The notes under the pieces were generated by a model, which was given only the letters and a program-made list of their open reading frames with translations, searched no databases and had not been told where the DNA came from. 64,000 nucleotides of DNA from Patescibacteria group bacterium (GTDB taxonomy: Bacteria; Patescibacteriota; Minisyncoccia; Phycocordibacterales; PALSA-1337): NCBI GenBank assembly GCA_038065395.1, contig JBBTRB010000002.1, positions 50,647 to 114,646 on the forward strand, read 5' to 3'. The position numbers were made by a program, and so were the translations under genes. Shown piece by piece: positions 30,168 to 38,904 of the stretch; the stretch's first letter is position 1, and each line of letters begins with the position of its first letter.

Positions 30168-30821
30168 TCACATCCCTAACCCTGTAAACAACCTGAATAC
30201 AAAAGGTACGAGTGGTGAGACCACTTGCCACAAGAAAAAGACAACCAGGAGTACGAAGATCGGTGCATACATCTCGAGCATGGCACGAACGTGTGCATAT
30301 CGGCGTGGCAAAATAGCAAAAAGGATTTTGGAGCCATCGAGTGGTGGCAGTGGGATGAGGTTAAAGATCGCCAGGATGATATTGATCGTGACGATATATG
30401 CCGACAGTTCGATGAACGCTATCGAAGCGACCGAATGCATCGATACGGCAAATCGTATGACCATACTGAAGACAAAGGCAATGAGAAGGTTCGATGCCGG
30501 ACCCGCCAATGCAATGAGGAGTTCGCCGCTGCGTCTATTCTTGAGATTATGCGGGTTGTATTCTACAGGTCGCGCCCAACCGAAGGTAAACCCGAGGAGT
30601 GACGTGACGAGTGGCACAATAACAGATCCTACTGGGTCCAGATGTCGAACCGGGTTCAGAGTCAGTCTCCCCTGCCGACGCGCTGTCGAGTCGCCGAGCC
30701 AGTCAGCCATATAGCCATGGGCAAGCTCGTGTACTACTACCGACATGATCAATATGACGATAGAGAGGATGATGAGCATCGTTTGATTATTGTAACCTGC
30801 CCATATCTTATTGCAATACAA
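30168..30821 (-). CDS. site-2 protease family (M50) zinc metalloprotease
   Basis: HELAHG in the first TM region. Multi-TM. LDGS-like LPPLDGSKI. The likely start is the internal Met at about 30779. Confidence 0.75.
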   Translation of the reverse strand: MYCNKIWAGYNNQTMLIILSIVILIMSVVVHELAHGYMADWLGDSTARRQGRLTLNPVRHLDPVGSVIVPLVTSLLGFTFGWARPVEYNPHNLKNRRSGELLIALAGPASNLLIAFVFSMVIRFAVSMHSVASIAFIELSAYIVTINIILAIFNLIPLPPLDGSKILFAILPRRYAHVRAMLEMYAPIFVLLVVFFLWQVVSPLVPFVFRLFTGLGM

Positions 30822-30856
30822 AATAAATAGTGTTACTATCGTTCTTACTTACTTTC

Positions 30857-31099
30857 ATGGCCAAAATCTGCGAAATAACAAAGAGAGGCTCAGTTGTTGG
30901 CGGTCGCTACTCCAACGCTACTCGTGCTACCCAGTTCAACCCTTGTGGCAAGATCCGTCGCCATGTGAACCTCCAGAAGAAGCGCATTTATGTCCCTGAG
31001 CTCAAGAAGACTGTCGTAGTCACCATCTCTACTCGCGCATTCCGCACTATCCAGAAGAACGGCGCGTTCCCTACCCTCAAGAAAGCCGGTCTCATATAA
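30857..31099 (+). CDS. rpmB: 50S ribosomal protein L28
   Basis: MAKICEITKRG...RRHVNLQKKRIY..TIS.RAFRTIQKNG fits the bL28 pattern. The ORF track starts 27 nt earlier. Confidence 0.7.
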   Translation: MAKICEITKRGSVVGGRYSNATRATQFNPCGKIRRHVNLQKKRIYVPELKKTVVVTISTRAFRTIQKNGAFPTLKKAGLI

Positions 31100-31221
31100 G
31101 AGAGCTGTTCCAGGATCTCCATCTGCTTCGTTATCTTCTTCACTCAGACTCTCACCGTATGCTCGATACGGCTCGAGTCTTCGCTCGAAGCTGCCTCGCA
31201 TATGAAGATCCTGGATACGCT

Positions 31222-32112
31222 CTAATTATCGACCCTCTCGATATCGACAGATGAACCATCAGAGACAATCTTGATGGTTTTTTCTTTGGTGTTGAATCTT
31301 CTTTCATAAGGTACGACAGCGTTGCCAGACGACCGCGACACTGACTGACTGTAGACTAGATACTCCGGATCGAGCATATCCAAAAAATCCTGGTTAAAAT
31401 GATCTGCCGATGCGCTATGCGAGACGATCAGTACGTCCACTGACCCAGTAGAGGAGGAATGCCCCATGATATGTCGCTGAATCTTCGGCGTTATATCCCC
31501 AGCCACTACGATCTGCGTCGAACTGTACAGTAGGTCGAGTACGATACTGGGCGGACTGGCTTTGGAATATACGAACTCTGCTTGAGATGCCGGGAACATG
31601 ATGCTGGCATATATCTTCACACCATCCTGATCTTGTCCCAAGACTAGGGACTCACCAGATACAACTTCTCGGATAGGTACGCGTGCCCGACGGAGCGTGC
31701 GGAGGAATTCTGTATATGTAGCGTCGGTCGAAGTTGCAAAGCCGAGAGTTTCGAGTGTCACCGCAGGTACCACAGCCTCTCCGATATCATATCGACCCGA
31801 CAGATCCGCAAGTCCTCCGGTATTCTTTTTTTGTGTATCGGTAGCAATGACCATGTCGATCCTCCGAGAATAGAACGGCAACACCGCTCCGATATGTCTG
31901 ACTATCTCCGCATTGCCACCACCGTTGATGAGAACACGTCTATCATCCGGAGTTCGGATCAATATGGCATTGCCCTGCTTCATCGAGAATACATACATCT
32001 CGAGGAGTGGTGGGCGATGTTCTTGTACCCACACATATCCTCCCACACCCGTAGCGACCAGCACTCCGGATAGTCCCCATATGACTGGTTTTGAGAATAT
32101 CAATGACTTCAT
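31222..32112 (-). CDS. ComEC/Rec2 C-terminal-type metallo-beta-lactamase-fold domain protein (separate gene; His motif degenerate)
   Basis: N-terminal TM plus MKQGNAILIRTPDDRRVLINGGG (MBL beta-strand and Gly loop). The HxHxDH motif is replaced by TDTQKKNTGG. Confidence 0.6.
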   Translation of the reverse strand: MKSLIFSKPVIWGLSGVLVATGVGGYVWVQEHRPPLLEMYVFSMKQGNAILIRTPDDRRVLINGGGNAEIVRHIGAVLPFYSRRIDMVIATDTQKKNTGGLADLSGRYDIGEAVVPAVTLETLGFATSTDATYTEFLRTLRRARVPIREVVSGESLVLGQDQDGVKIYASIMFPASQAEFVYSKASPPSIVLDLLYSSTQIVVAGDITPKIQRHIMGHSSSTGSVDVLIVSHSASADHFNQDFLDMLDPEYLVYSQSVSRSSGNAVVPYERRFNTKEKTIKIVSDGSSVDIERVDN

Positions 32113-32145
32113 GTCCTCAGCCTAATACACCGGTATGAAGAAACC

Positions 32146-32172
32146 ATGAATTTTGTCTCAAGAAACGATAAA
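32146..32172. repeat. 27-bp direct repeat, copy 1 (ATGAATTTTGTCTCAAGAAACGATAAA)
   Basis: Exact 27/27 match to 34291..34317. Confidence 0.85.
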
Positions 32173-32772
32173 TTTTGTTATAATAAGCCCATGAAATCAT
32201 TCACCGAAAAAACATTCACCCTACCGAAGCTCACCGGTATTTCTGAACAGACGATCACCGAGCATCTCAAGCTCTATGCAGGGTATGTCAAACATGCCAA
32301 CCTGATCCAAGAGAAGATCGTCGAACTCAAAGCAGACAGCGAGAAAAACGCCTATGCTCTGGCCGAGGTCAACCGTCGCTTCGGCTTCGAATACAACGGC
32401 ATGCGCAACCACGAGGTGTATTTCGCCAGTCTCGAAGGTGGCGCGCAGTCACTCCCTCCAGAGTCCCCTCTTTTCAAAAAGATTGTTGAGACCTGGGGTT
32501 CTTATGAAGCCTGGCTCGCAGAATTCAAAGCCATCGCACTGACTCGTGGCATCGGCTGGGCGATGCTCTACCATGACCGTCGCGAAGGTCGCCTCCTCAA
32601 TGCCTGGATCGACGAACAACATCTCGGCCAACTCCAAGACTGCACTCTAGTACTGGCACTCGATATGTGGGAGCACTCATATGTTGCAGACTATCAACCT
32701 TCTGGCAAGAAAAAGTATGTGGAAGATTTTTTCGCCAACCTCAACTGGAGTGTAATTGCGGGAAATTTATAG
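32146..32772 (+). CDS. Fe/Mn-family superoxide dismutase
   Basis: NHEVYF, DMWEHSYV and other SOD_Fe N/C motifs. The likely start is the internal Met at 32191. The N-terminal HHxKHH region is divergent (EHLKLYAGYV). Confidence 0.85.
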   Translation: MNFVSRNDKFCYNKPMKSFTEKTFTLPKLTGISEQTITEHLKLYAGYVKHANLIQEKIVELKADSEKNAYALAEVNRRFGFEYNGMRNHEVYFASLEGGAQSLPPESPLFKKIVETWGSYEAWLAEFKAIALTRGIGWAMLYHDRREGRLLNAWIDEQHLGQLQDCTLVLALDMWEHSYVADYQPSGKKKYVEDFFANLNWSVIAGNL

Positions 32773-32913
32773 ACAAGTAAATTACACTTTGATACGCTAC
32801 TTTTAGCTCAGCACTTCTTGTGGCCGTCCTCAATAGGTTTCCATCGGCCCTTCATATTGTTGAGCGACCTGCTGATACAGGGGGAGCTCGTAACTTCGGT
32901 TGCGAGCTCTTTT

Positions 32914-34257
32914 TTACCTCTTCCCCTTCTCCAAAAAGAAGATACCCACTCCATACACTACATATATACCCGCCACTACCCATCCAGAGAACAACGGAAA
33001 GTCTATAGATGCATAGGGTATGTCTGCACTGTACTCGACGATCATGAGCTCGTATGACAGGAGAACATGTGTGACCCAACCGAGTGCAATCGAAACTGGT
33101 GGTAGAATAAATCCAAACATTCCCGTCAGGAATACGAGCAACATCGTCAGTGGCACGAACGGCAAAACGAGGATATTCGATACGAACCCGACCACCGAGA
33201 CGCTACCCATCATGTAGACGATATAAGGTGACACGAATATCTGTGTGGCCAGACTCGATGCTACGATCCCTCGGATACCTCCCTTCTCGGTGATGAACCC
33301 GAGTCGATCTTCGATCGGTTGCGACAATGCCACCAGTCCGAAAGTTGCCATGAAGGAGAGTTGGAATGACGGGTCATGGAACAAGATCCGCGGATTTTGA
33401 ATGATCATCAGAAGCCCAGCGAAGAACATCCCTCGATAGACACTGTAGTCACGTCGCGCAAGATCTGCACCGAGTGCAACTGCTGACATACAACACGAGC
33501 GTACTACTGTAGCACCCCCTCCCACCAGTGTGCCGAACAATGCGATACCGACACCACCTGCACATATCCCCCATACGCGCGGCAAAAAACCGAGCAGCCG
33601 ACGCAACACATCAGCAACGATGGTGATATTGTATCCGGACAGCACCACGATATGGATGAGTCCTGCCACACGAAAGTCGTCGATGAGCTCGCTCCCCAAC
33701 GCACTCTTCTCTCCGACCAAGAGTCCCGAGGCCAGTGCCGAGTGTGGCTCTCCCAAAACTTTTTCGAGATTGCGTACGAAGCCTCTCTTGAATGCAAAGA
33801 GTGTCGACCTCAATCCCGTCTTGCCCGACTCTCGATACTCGACCGCACCACTTTTGATCTCATAGAAGACGTCGTCTTTGGCGAGGTAGCCTTCATAGTC
33901 GAACTCTCTGCCAGTATCACTACGGAAGTTGAAGGGTTTTGATATTTTCCCCTGGAATGAAACCGCATCTCCATACGTCATGCGTGGATACAATGGCACT
34001 TTGATGCGAACAAAGATACCTGCGGGACACGTGGATGTTCCTGCAAGCAAATCCAACACCGGACTCCATTCTTGGGCTTCTATGACGAACACTTGGCCAT
34101 TTTCTCTACGTTCAGGTTCGGTGACGATCGTACCGAGACCTTGTACCACCTGCCCGGCACACCTACCGATATCTGGCACAGCAATATCGAGAGACAGCAT
34201 CACACGCACAGCCGCCACGACGACCAACACACTCCAAAATACAAAAACTCCGCGCAT
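32914..34257 (-). CDS. ComEC/Rec2 DNA-uptake channel, N-terminal (OB/DUF4131 + competence multi-TM) part
   Basis: GLIHIVVLSGYNITIV competence-domain signature. At least 10 TM helices. No MBL domain. Confidence 0.7.
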   Translation of the reverse strand: MRGVFVFWSVLVVVAAVRVMLSLDIAVPDIGRCAGQVVQGLGTIVTEPERRENGQVFVIEAQEWSPVLDLLAGTSTCPAGIFVRIKVPLYPRMTYGDAVSFQGKISKPFNFRSDTGREFDYEGYLAKDDVFYEIKSGAVEYRESGKTGLRSTLFAFKRGFVRNLEKVLGEPHSALASGLLVGEKSALGSELIDDFRVAGLIHIVVLSGYNITIVADVLRRLLGFLPRVWGICAGGVGIALFGTLVGGGATVVRSCCMSAVALGADLARRDYSVYRGMFFAGLLMIIQNPRILFHDPSFQLSFMATFGLVALSQPIEDRLGFITEKGGIRGIVASSLATQIFVSPYIVYMMGSVSVVGFVSNILVLPFVPLTMLLVFLTGMFGFILPPVSIALGWVTHVLLSYELMIVEYSADIPYASIDFPLFSGWVVAGIYVVYGVGIFFLEKGKR

Positions 34258-34290
34258 ACTCGGAGCATACAGTCTCGAGATAAAATCCGT

Positions 34291-34317
34291 ATGAATTTTG
34301 TCTCAAGAAACGATAAA
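34291..34317. repeat. 27-bp direct repeat, copy 2
   Basis: Exact match to copy 1. Together they bracket the sod + comEC-N segment. Confidence 0.85.
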
Positions 34318-34358
34318 ATTCCTGACCTACTGGCAAGGTCAGGCCTTGCCAACTTTTC

Positions 34359-35081
34359 CTAGGAACTGAACTCTCGCATAATCTCACCCTCTTCTTCTTT
34401 ATTCAGCGCCTTTTTGAACCGAGCTTTGACACCTTTGACCCTTTTCTCACATTCGGCCCAGGTTGGATGAGTCTCTATCTTGCCTCCGACCAGACTGACG
34501 TATGAATATGCTTTGGCACCAGATCGCGATGAGCTAGATTTCTTGGAGGCCACCTTCTCGGTATCGGCGGAGATAGTGAGGATGCCAGGGATAGAATAGC
34601 CCTCAAGAGATCCGGAATAGAGATCGATCTTGGCATCATCAGCAAAGGCAGTCGCAATCTCGTCACAGCGTTCATTGCCTGCGATACCGATATGACCACC
34701 GACGTATTTCCAACTGATATCCTTGCCCTGAATAACCTCATCGAGCCCCATCCAGACGTCTTTGTTGGCGACATCTTCTTTGGTTTGTGTCATCCATCCG
34801 TTGCGCTTCCAGCCTTTGATCCACTGAGTGATGCCTTTGATGAGATATGACGAGTCGGTATAGACGATGATCGTACCTCCCGAGCCTGCATGTCGTAACC
34901 CCTGCAATGCCGCCATCAACTCCATCTTGTTGTTGGTCGTTCTCTCTTCTCTGCCGCCAAGCTCTTTCACCTGAGCTTCATTTTGCTTCTTGCTTCTTGC
35001 TTCTTGGATCACAACACTCCCCCACCCTCCTGGTCCAGGGTTACCTCGTGAAGATCCGTCAGTGAAGATGATGGTTTCCAT
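34359..35081 (-). CDS. rnhA: ribonuclease HI with C-terminal hybrid-binding-domain-like tail
   Basis: RNase H fold (IFTDGSSRGNPGPGGWG, ...TDSSYLIKGI...). C-terminal KAYSYVSLVGGKIETHPTWAECEKRVKGVKARFKK resembles the RNase H1 / caulimovirus HBD. Confidence 0.8.
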   Translation of the reverse strand: METIIFTDGSSRGNPGPGGWGSVVIQEARSKKQNEAQVKELGGREERTTNNKMELMAALQGLRHAGSGGTIIVYTDSSYLIKGITQWIKGWKRNGWMTQTKEDVANKDVWMGLDEVIQGKDISWKYVGGHIGIAGNERCDEIATAFADDAKIDLYSGSLEGYSIPGILTISADTEKVASKKSSSSRSGAKAYSYVSLVGGKIETHPTWAECEKRVKGVKARFKKALNKEEEGEIMREFSS

Positions 35082-35116
35082 AGTTTTCTATAGTAGCATA
35101 TTGTGATATATTTTCT

Positions 35117-35326
35117 GTGGAAAGAATATGTATGAGTAAAAAGAAGGAAAAAATGACGAAGAGACAGCGAGAGGCTTTACGGAGGATTCGACGAACTCTC
35201 AAAAGTATCGACTGGCCACAATTCTGGGCCGAAGTAATGGAAAAGGTTCGTCCCAAGATTGAAGCGAACGAGAGGTGTCGACAATTGTCTTACGCCGCCG
35301 CTCTCAAAAATCCGAAACGATACTGA
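35117..35326 (+). CDS. small basic hypothetical protein
   Basis: 69-aa K/R-rich ORF with its own terminator. Confidence 0.35.
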   Translation: MERICMSKKKEKMTKRQREALRRIRRTLKSIDWPQFWAEVMEKVRPKIEANERCRQLSYAAALKNPKRY

Positions 35327-35407
35327 ACAAACCATTCAACAATAAACTCTAAAAATAGAGTGGCGAGAAAGGATCTTATGGGAGACTTATAACACCCAAA
35401 CGAACAA

Positions 35408-35430
35408 CCAGGAACCTTCCTGGTTTTTTT
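35408..35430 (+). terminator. rho-independent terminator
   Basis: ccaggaaccttcctgg followed by ttttttt. Confidence 0.6.
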
Positions 35431-35472
35431 AATACAAAAAATCCCCTCGCCACATGTGATAGTGGCGAGGGG
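35431..35472 (-). terminator. rho-independent terminator for 35486..36187
   Basis: On the minus strand: cccctcgccacTATCACATgtggcgagggg followed by T-run. Confidence 0.6.
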
Positions 35473-35485
35473 TGATGTGAAAAAA

Positions 35486-36187
35486 TTATCCTTTTGGCGC
35501 ATCTTCCGAGGGCACGAGGAACGGTTTCCTTTCCAGTAACGTGTCCTGGAAGATTCCCAGAGCTTGGATGTTTTTCTCGCGAGATTTTATCGAACTCTCT
35601 GACCAAGAGTACACGGCTCTCCAAAAGACTTCGTGGAAAGATTCTGCAAATCCTTTTTTCCAGGTTTTACACGGCAACTCATCGATCGTCTCGTAAAATT
35701 TCTCGTCACTGGAGACCTGTTCAACATCTGACCTCTCCAACTTGAAAAGGATCTGGGATGTGTACGGTACGAACACGGCATGTTCAAGATAAAAGTAAAG
35801 GTTCGGTGCTTCACTTCCGGTGCCGATCGTATTTGGAGACATCAGCAGACGGAGCAAATGGATCCTTCTGATGTGTAAACCTCCAACTTCCATAGAATGC
35901 AAAGAATACAAGTGCACACGGATAGGATACACAAGTGGCGGATCATCTACGAATGAAAGTGGCACGTGCGTATTACTAGAACTATACCTTGTAAGTGTAC
36001 GGTTCACTCCACGAATCATTGCCTCATCATCACCCATCACGTCCCTCAATTGCTTGAATGACAGACTGCGAACGTATGGACGGATCATTGACACTGCGTC
36101 CTCGATAGAGAACGGCTTTACTGAATCTGAGTTGTTGGACATATCCAATTCCTCTGGTTTATTGTTGTGATTGAACTCTTGCGCCAC
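35486..36187 (-). CDS. hypothetical protein
   Basis: 233-aa ORF with terminator. No family recognised. Confidence 0.45.
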   Translation of the reverse strand: MAQEFNHNNKPEELDMSNNSDSVKPFSIEDAVSMIRPYVRSLSFKQLRDVMGDDEAMIRGVNRTLTRYSSSNTHVPLSFVDDPPLVYPIRVHLYSLHSMEVGGLHIRRIHLLRLLMSPNTIGTGSEAPNLYFYLEHAVFVPYTSQILFKLERSDVEQVSSDEKFYETIDELPCKTWKKGFAESFHEVFWRAVYSWSESSIKSREKNIQALGIFQDTLLERKPFLVPSEDAPKG

Positions 36188-36255
36188 GGGACGTATCCCG
36201 CTACACAGAACCTAGATATCACACTACTCTCGCCGCCGACTCTGGTCAAGGAGTC

Positions 36256-36274
36256 TAGCGAGGTCGGACCTTGC
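36256..36274. repeat. 19-nt repeat TAGCGAGGTCGGACCTTGC (hairpin-capable) at recJ 3' end
   Basis: Identical 19-mer at 38886..38904. Confidence 0.7.
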
Positions 36275-36276
36275 CA

Positions 36277-38019
36277 CTACACAACATCCACCACCCTCAA
36301 CCTCAACTCCGTCTTGCCTGCAAAATACGACTTCTCGATAGAAGCGACGAGGTCTAGAGAGACACCTTCGCTCACGGTATCTGCCCAAGGTTCTCCGACA
36401 CCAAAAAAGGCGATGGCTGAGAGTTTGTTGCCATTGGTCTTCTTGAAGACAAGCTCGATATGATCTTTGGCCTTGCCGAACTTGCGCACACTGACGGGAG
36501 TTACTTTTCGCAACAGGAAGAGCGGCTTGGGGTTGCCAGTACCAAAAGGCGAGAGACGGGCGATCTCTTGTTGGAGATGCCAGTCGACCATATCGAGAGT
36601 GAGCTCCATATCGACTATCTGTTTTCCATGTTCACTTTCTCCTTGCACCTTTTCCCTCGCCCCTTCCCTCTCTTTTGCCTCATTGAGATGTGCATCGAGA
36701 ACATGGATCATCTCATTGGCCACTGCAAACCCTCCCGAATGTGCATGTCCGCCAAAATGAGTGAACACCTCCGATGGCACCGCGCGCATCAGTTCGACGA
36801 TGTTAGTCTTGCCTTCGGATCTACATGAACCTTTGATGACATTGTCACCATCACGCCCCCAGAGGAAGACGGGTCGATCGAGTTCCTGTGCACATGAGTT
36901 TGCCACGAGCCCGAGGAGCGACGGTCGCCACAGCGGGTTGCCGAGGACGATGACCGACGGGATATGTTCGGCATAGCGTTCACGAAGTATTTTGTTCACC
37001 TCTTTGACGAGTGACGCCACCATGCCTTTGCGTTCGTTGTTGACCTCTTCAATACGAGTGACATGGACTTGGGCCTCAACTTCATCTTCGGTTGCAAGCA
37101 GGTTGAATGCGTCCATCGGCACTCCCATGCGCGATGCGGCATTGATACGCGGAGTGACCATGAAGGCGATATCGTCTTCACTGAGCGTCTTCTGAGCGAT
37201 CGAGAGCTTGGACAGGAGTCGCATCAGACCCTTGCGCGGACTCTTACGCAGAACTGCCAGACCGTAGTGCGCCAATGCCCTGTTCTCTCCGACCAGTGGC
37301 ACCATGTCCGAGAGTGTGGCGATGCCGACCATGTCGAGGAGCCATTTCTCATGGCCTTCTTTGAGACCTCGACGATCTTTCGCCAAGATGGCCTGGACGA
37401 GTTTGTAGGCAGTACCGGAACCACAGAGATTCTTGTCGGGATACATGCAGTCTTTCTGTTTGTGATTGATGATGGCATAGGCGGGAGGCACGACCAGTGG
37501 TGGTTCGTGATGGTCGGTGATGATCACGTCGATACCGAGATCACGCGCCCGAGTCACTGGCACTACGTCGGTCGAACCACAGTCGATCGTGATCATGAGC
37601 GTCACTCCCTGCCTTGCCAATTCTTCTACCGCATCGGTATGCACGCCAAATCCTTCGTCATGTCGATGAGGAATATAGACGATGAAGTTGGAGAAGTTGA
37701 TCCTCCGCAGGAAGTCCGCGAACATCACCGCCCCAGGGATACCGTCAGCATCATAGTCAGAATAAATCGCGATCTTCTCGCCCCTCTCTATGGCATGAAT
37801 GATCCTCGTAGCGGCTTTGTCTGCATCTTTCGACAAGAGCGGGTCATGCACATCGCGATCATAGTCGGGTGCGAGGAATCTCTGACCTTCGTGGTTATTC
37901 TTGACCCCTCGATGGAACAAGAGTTGTGCCGTCAGTTCAGAAAAAGCATTGAGTGGTTCACGCTCGGTCGACGAGAGTTGTGGTCGGATGGCGTAGGAGG
38001 AGGTGGGCATGGGGTGCAT
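36277..38019 (-). CDS. recJ: single-stranded-DNA-specific exonuclease RecJ
   Basis: DHH motifs (DYDADGI, ITDHHEP) plus DHHA1 and a C-terminal OB-like region. Confidence 0.9.
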   Translation of the reverse strand: MHPMPTSSYAIRPQLSSTEREPLNAFSELTAQLLFHRGVKNNHEGQRFLAPDYDRDVHDPLLSKDADKAATRIIHAIERGEKIAIYSDYDADGIPGAVMFADFLRRINFSNFIVYIPHRHDEGFGVHTDAVEELARQGVTLMITIDCGSTDVVPVTRARDLGIDVIITDHHEPPLVVPPAYAIINHKQKDCMYPDKNLCGSGTAYKLVQAILAKDRRGLKEGHEKWLLDMVGIATLSDMVPLVGENRALAHYGLAVLRKSPRKGLMRLLSKLSIAQKTLSEDDIAFMVTPRINAASRMGVPMDAFNLLATEDEVEAQVHVTRIEEVNNERKGMVASLVKEVNKILRERYAEHIPSVIVLGNPLWRPSLLGLVANSCAQELDRPVFLWGRDGDNVIKGSCRSEGKTNIVELMRAVPSEVFTHFGGHAHSGGFAVANEMIHVLDAHLNEAKEREGAREKVQGESEHGKQIVDMELTLDMVDWHLQQEIARLSPFGTGNPKPLFLLRKVTPVSVRKFGKAKDHIELVFKKTNGNKLSAIAFFGVGEPWADTVSEGVSLDLVASIEKSYFAGKTELRLRVVDVV

Positions 38020-38038
38020 TATACCTTATGTATTTTTT

Positions 38039-38066
38039 GTCATCCCCGCGCAGGCGGGGATCTGCG
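38039..38066. repeat. hairpin repeat copy 2
   Basis: gtcatccccgcgcaggcggggatctgcg, 20 nt upstream of the recJ start. Confidence 0.8.
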
Positions 38067-38434
38067 ATCTAGACCTTGAAATAAGGGAAAGATGAGGTAC
38101 TTGACAAATGTAATGAGTGTGCCATGATACTTGTGTCGACGATGTACCAATCGCGTCGATATCTAGGGAATAAACTTTATCTTCCTAGATGGTACGGCGT
38201 TCCTACTCCCTCCTTTCCAGGTTCGTCTGGAAAAAGGATTCGCCCGAAATAGTGAGGGTGCAGTACATACAAAAAGTGGTGCAGGCCATCGGGAACACAG
38301 GTTCCGGCTCGGGGTATCCATTCCCCATAAACAGCCATCCCGGCCGACAAAATAGGACACTTGGCACAGACGCAAGAGTCCTCCAACAATGATTCGCAAT
38401 TATCTTGTTGTAGATTAGCTATCCAATTGCGTCT

Positions 38435-38466
38435 GGCGTCGATCTCCGTGATCGACGCCTTTTTTC
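38435..38466 (+). terminator. rho-independent terminator closing a GC-rich non-coding region
   Basis: ggcgtcgatctccgtgatcgacgcc followed by tttttt, 40 nt upstream of the HIT gene start. Confidence 0.55.
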
Positions 38467-38506
38467 TTGTTCAAAATGACTAGGTTCGCGTGATATACTT
38501 TCACCC

Positions 38507-38884
38507 ATGACCCCCTGCATCTTCTGCAAAATCGTATCGAAAGAAATCCCTGCGCACGTAGTGTACGAAGACGACAACTTCCTGGCATTCCTGGATATCC
38601 ACCCGCAGTCACCTGGCCATACCCAGGTCATCCCCAAGCATCACTATCGTTGGGTCTGGGATCTACCCTCTTCTGGTGACGGAGCAACCATCGGCCGATA
38701 TTTCGAAGTTGCACAAAAAGTCGCGCTTGCTCAACAAAAAGCTTTTGCCACAGACTGGATCCTGAGCAAGATCGTCGGTGACGAAGTCCCTCATGCACAT
38801 ATCTGGGTGTTTCCGAATGACAAAGTAGAGGGAGATCCAATGGATTTTGAAACGAATGCAAAAAAGATTGTAGAAAATCTGTGA
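38507..38884 (+). CDS. HIT-family (histidine triad) nucleotide hydrolase
   Basis: HAHIWVFP histidine triad. N-terminal CIFCKI. Confidence 0.85.
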   Translation: MTPCIFCKIVSKEIPAHVVYEDDNFLAFLDIHPQSPGHTQVIPKHHYRWVWDLPSSGDGATIGRYFEVAQKVALAQQKAFATDWILSKIVGDEVPHAHIWVFPNDKVEGDPMDFETNAKKIVENL

Positions 38885-38885
38885 G

Positions 38886-38904
38886 TAGCGAGGTCGGACC
38901 TTGC
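38886..38904. repeat. 19-nt repeat TAGCGAGGTCGGACCTTGC between convergent stops of the HIT gene and pgk
   Basis: Identical to 36256..36274. A related ggcaaggtcaggccttgcc hairpin lies at about 34331-34349, after the rnhA stop. Confidence 0.7.

Noticed and set aside
37063-38079. 338-aa plus-strand ORF antisense to recJ
   Set aside because: It is embedded in recJ on the opposite strand and has no recognisable domains.
38067-38434. RNase P RNA, SRP RNA or 5S rRNA in the GC-rich non-coding block
   Set aside because: I could not find the conserved P4 (GGAAAGUCCGGGCUCC / ACAGAAACCCGGCUUA), SRP domain IV (GGAAGGAAGCAGC) or 5S signatures. It is kept only as an unclassified ncRNA candidate.
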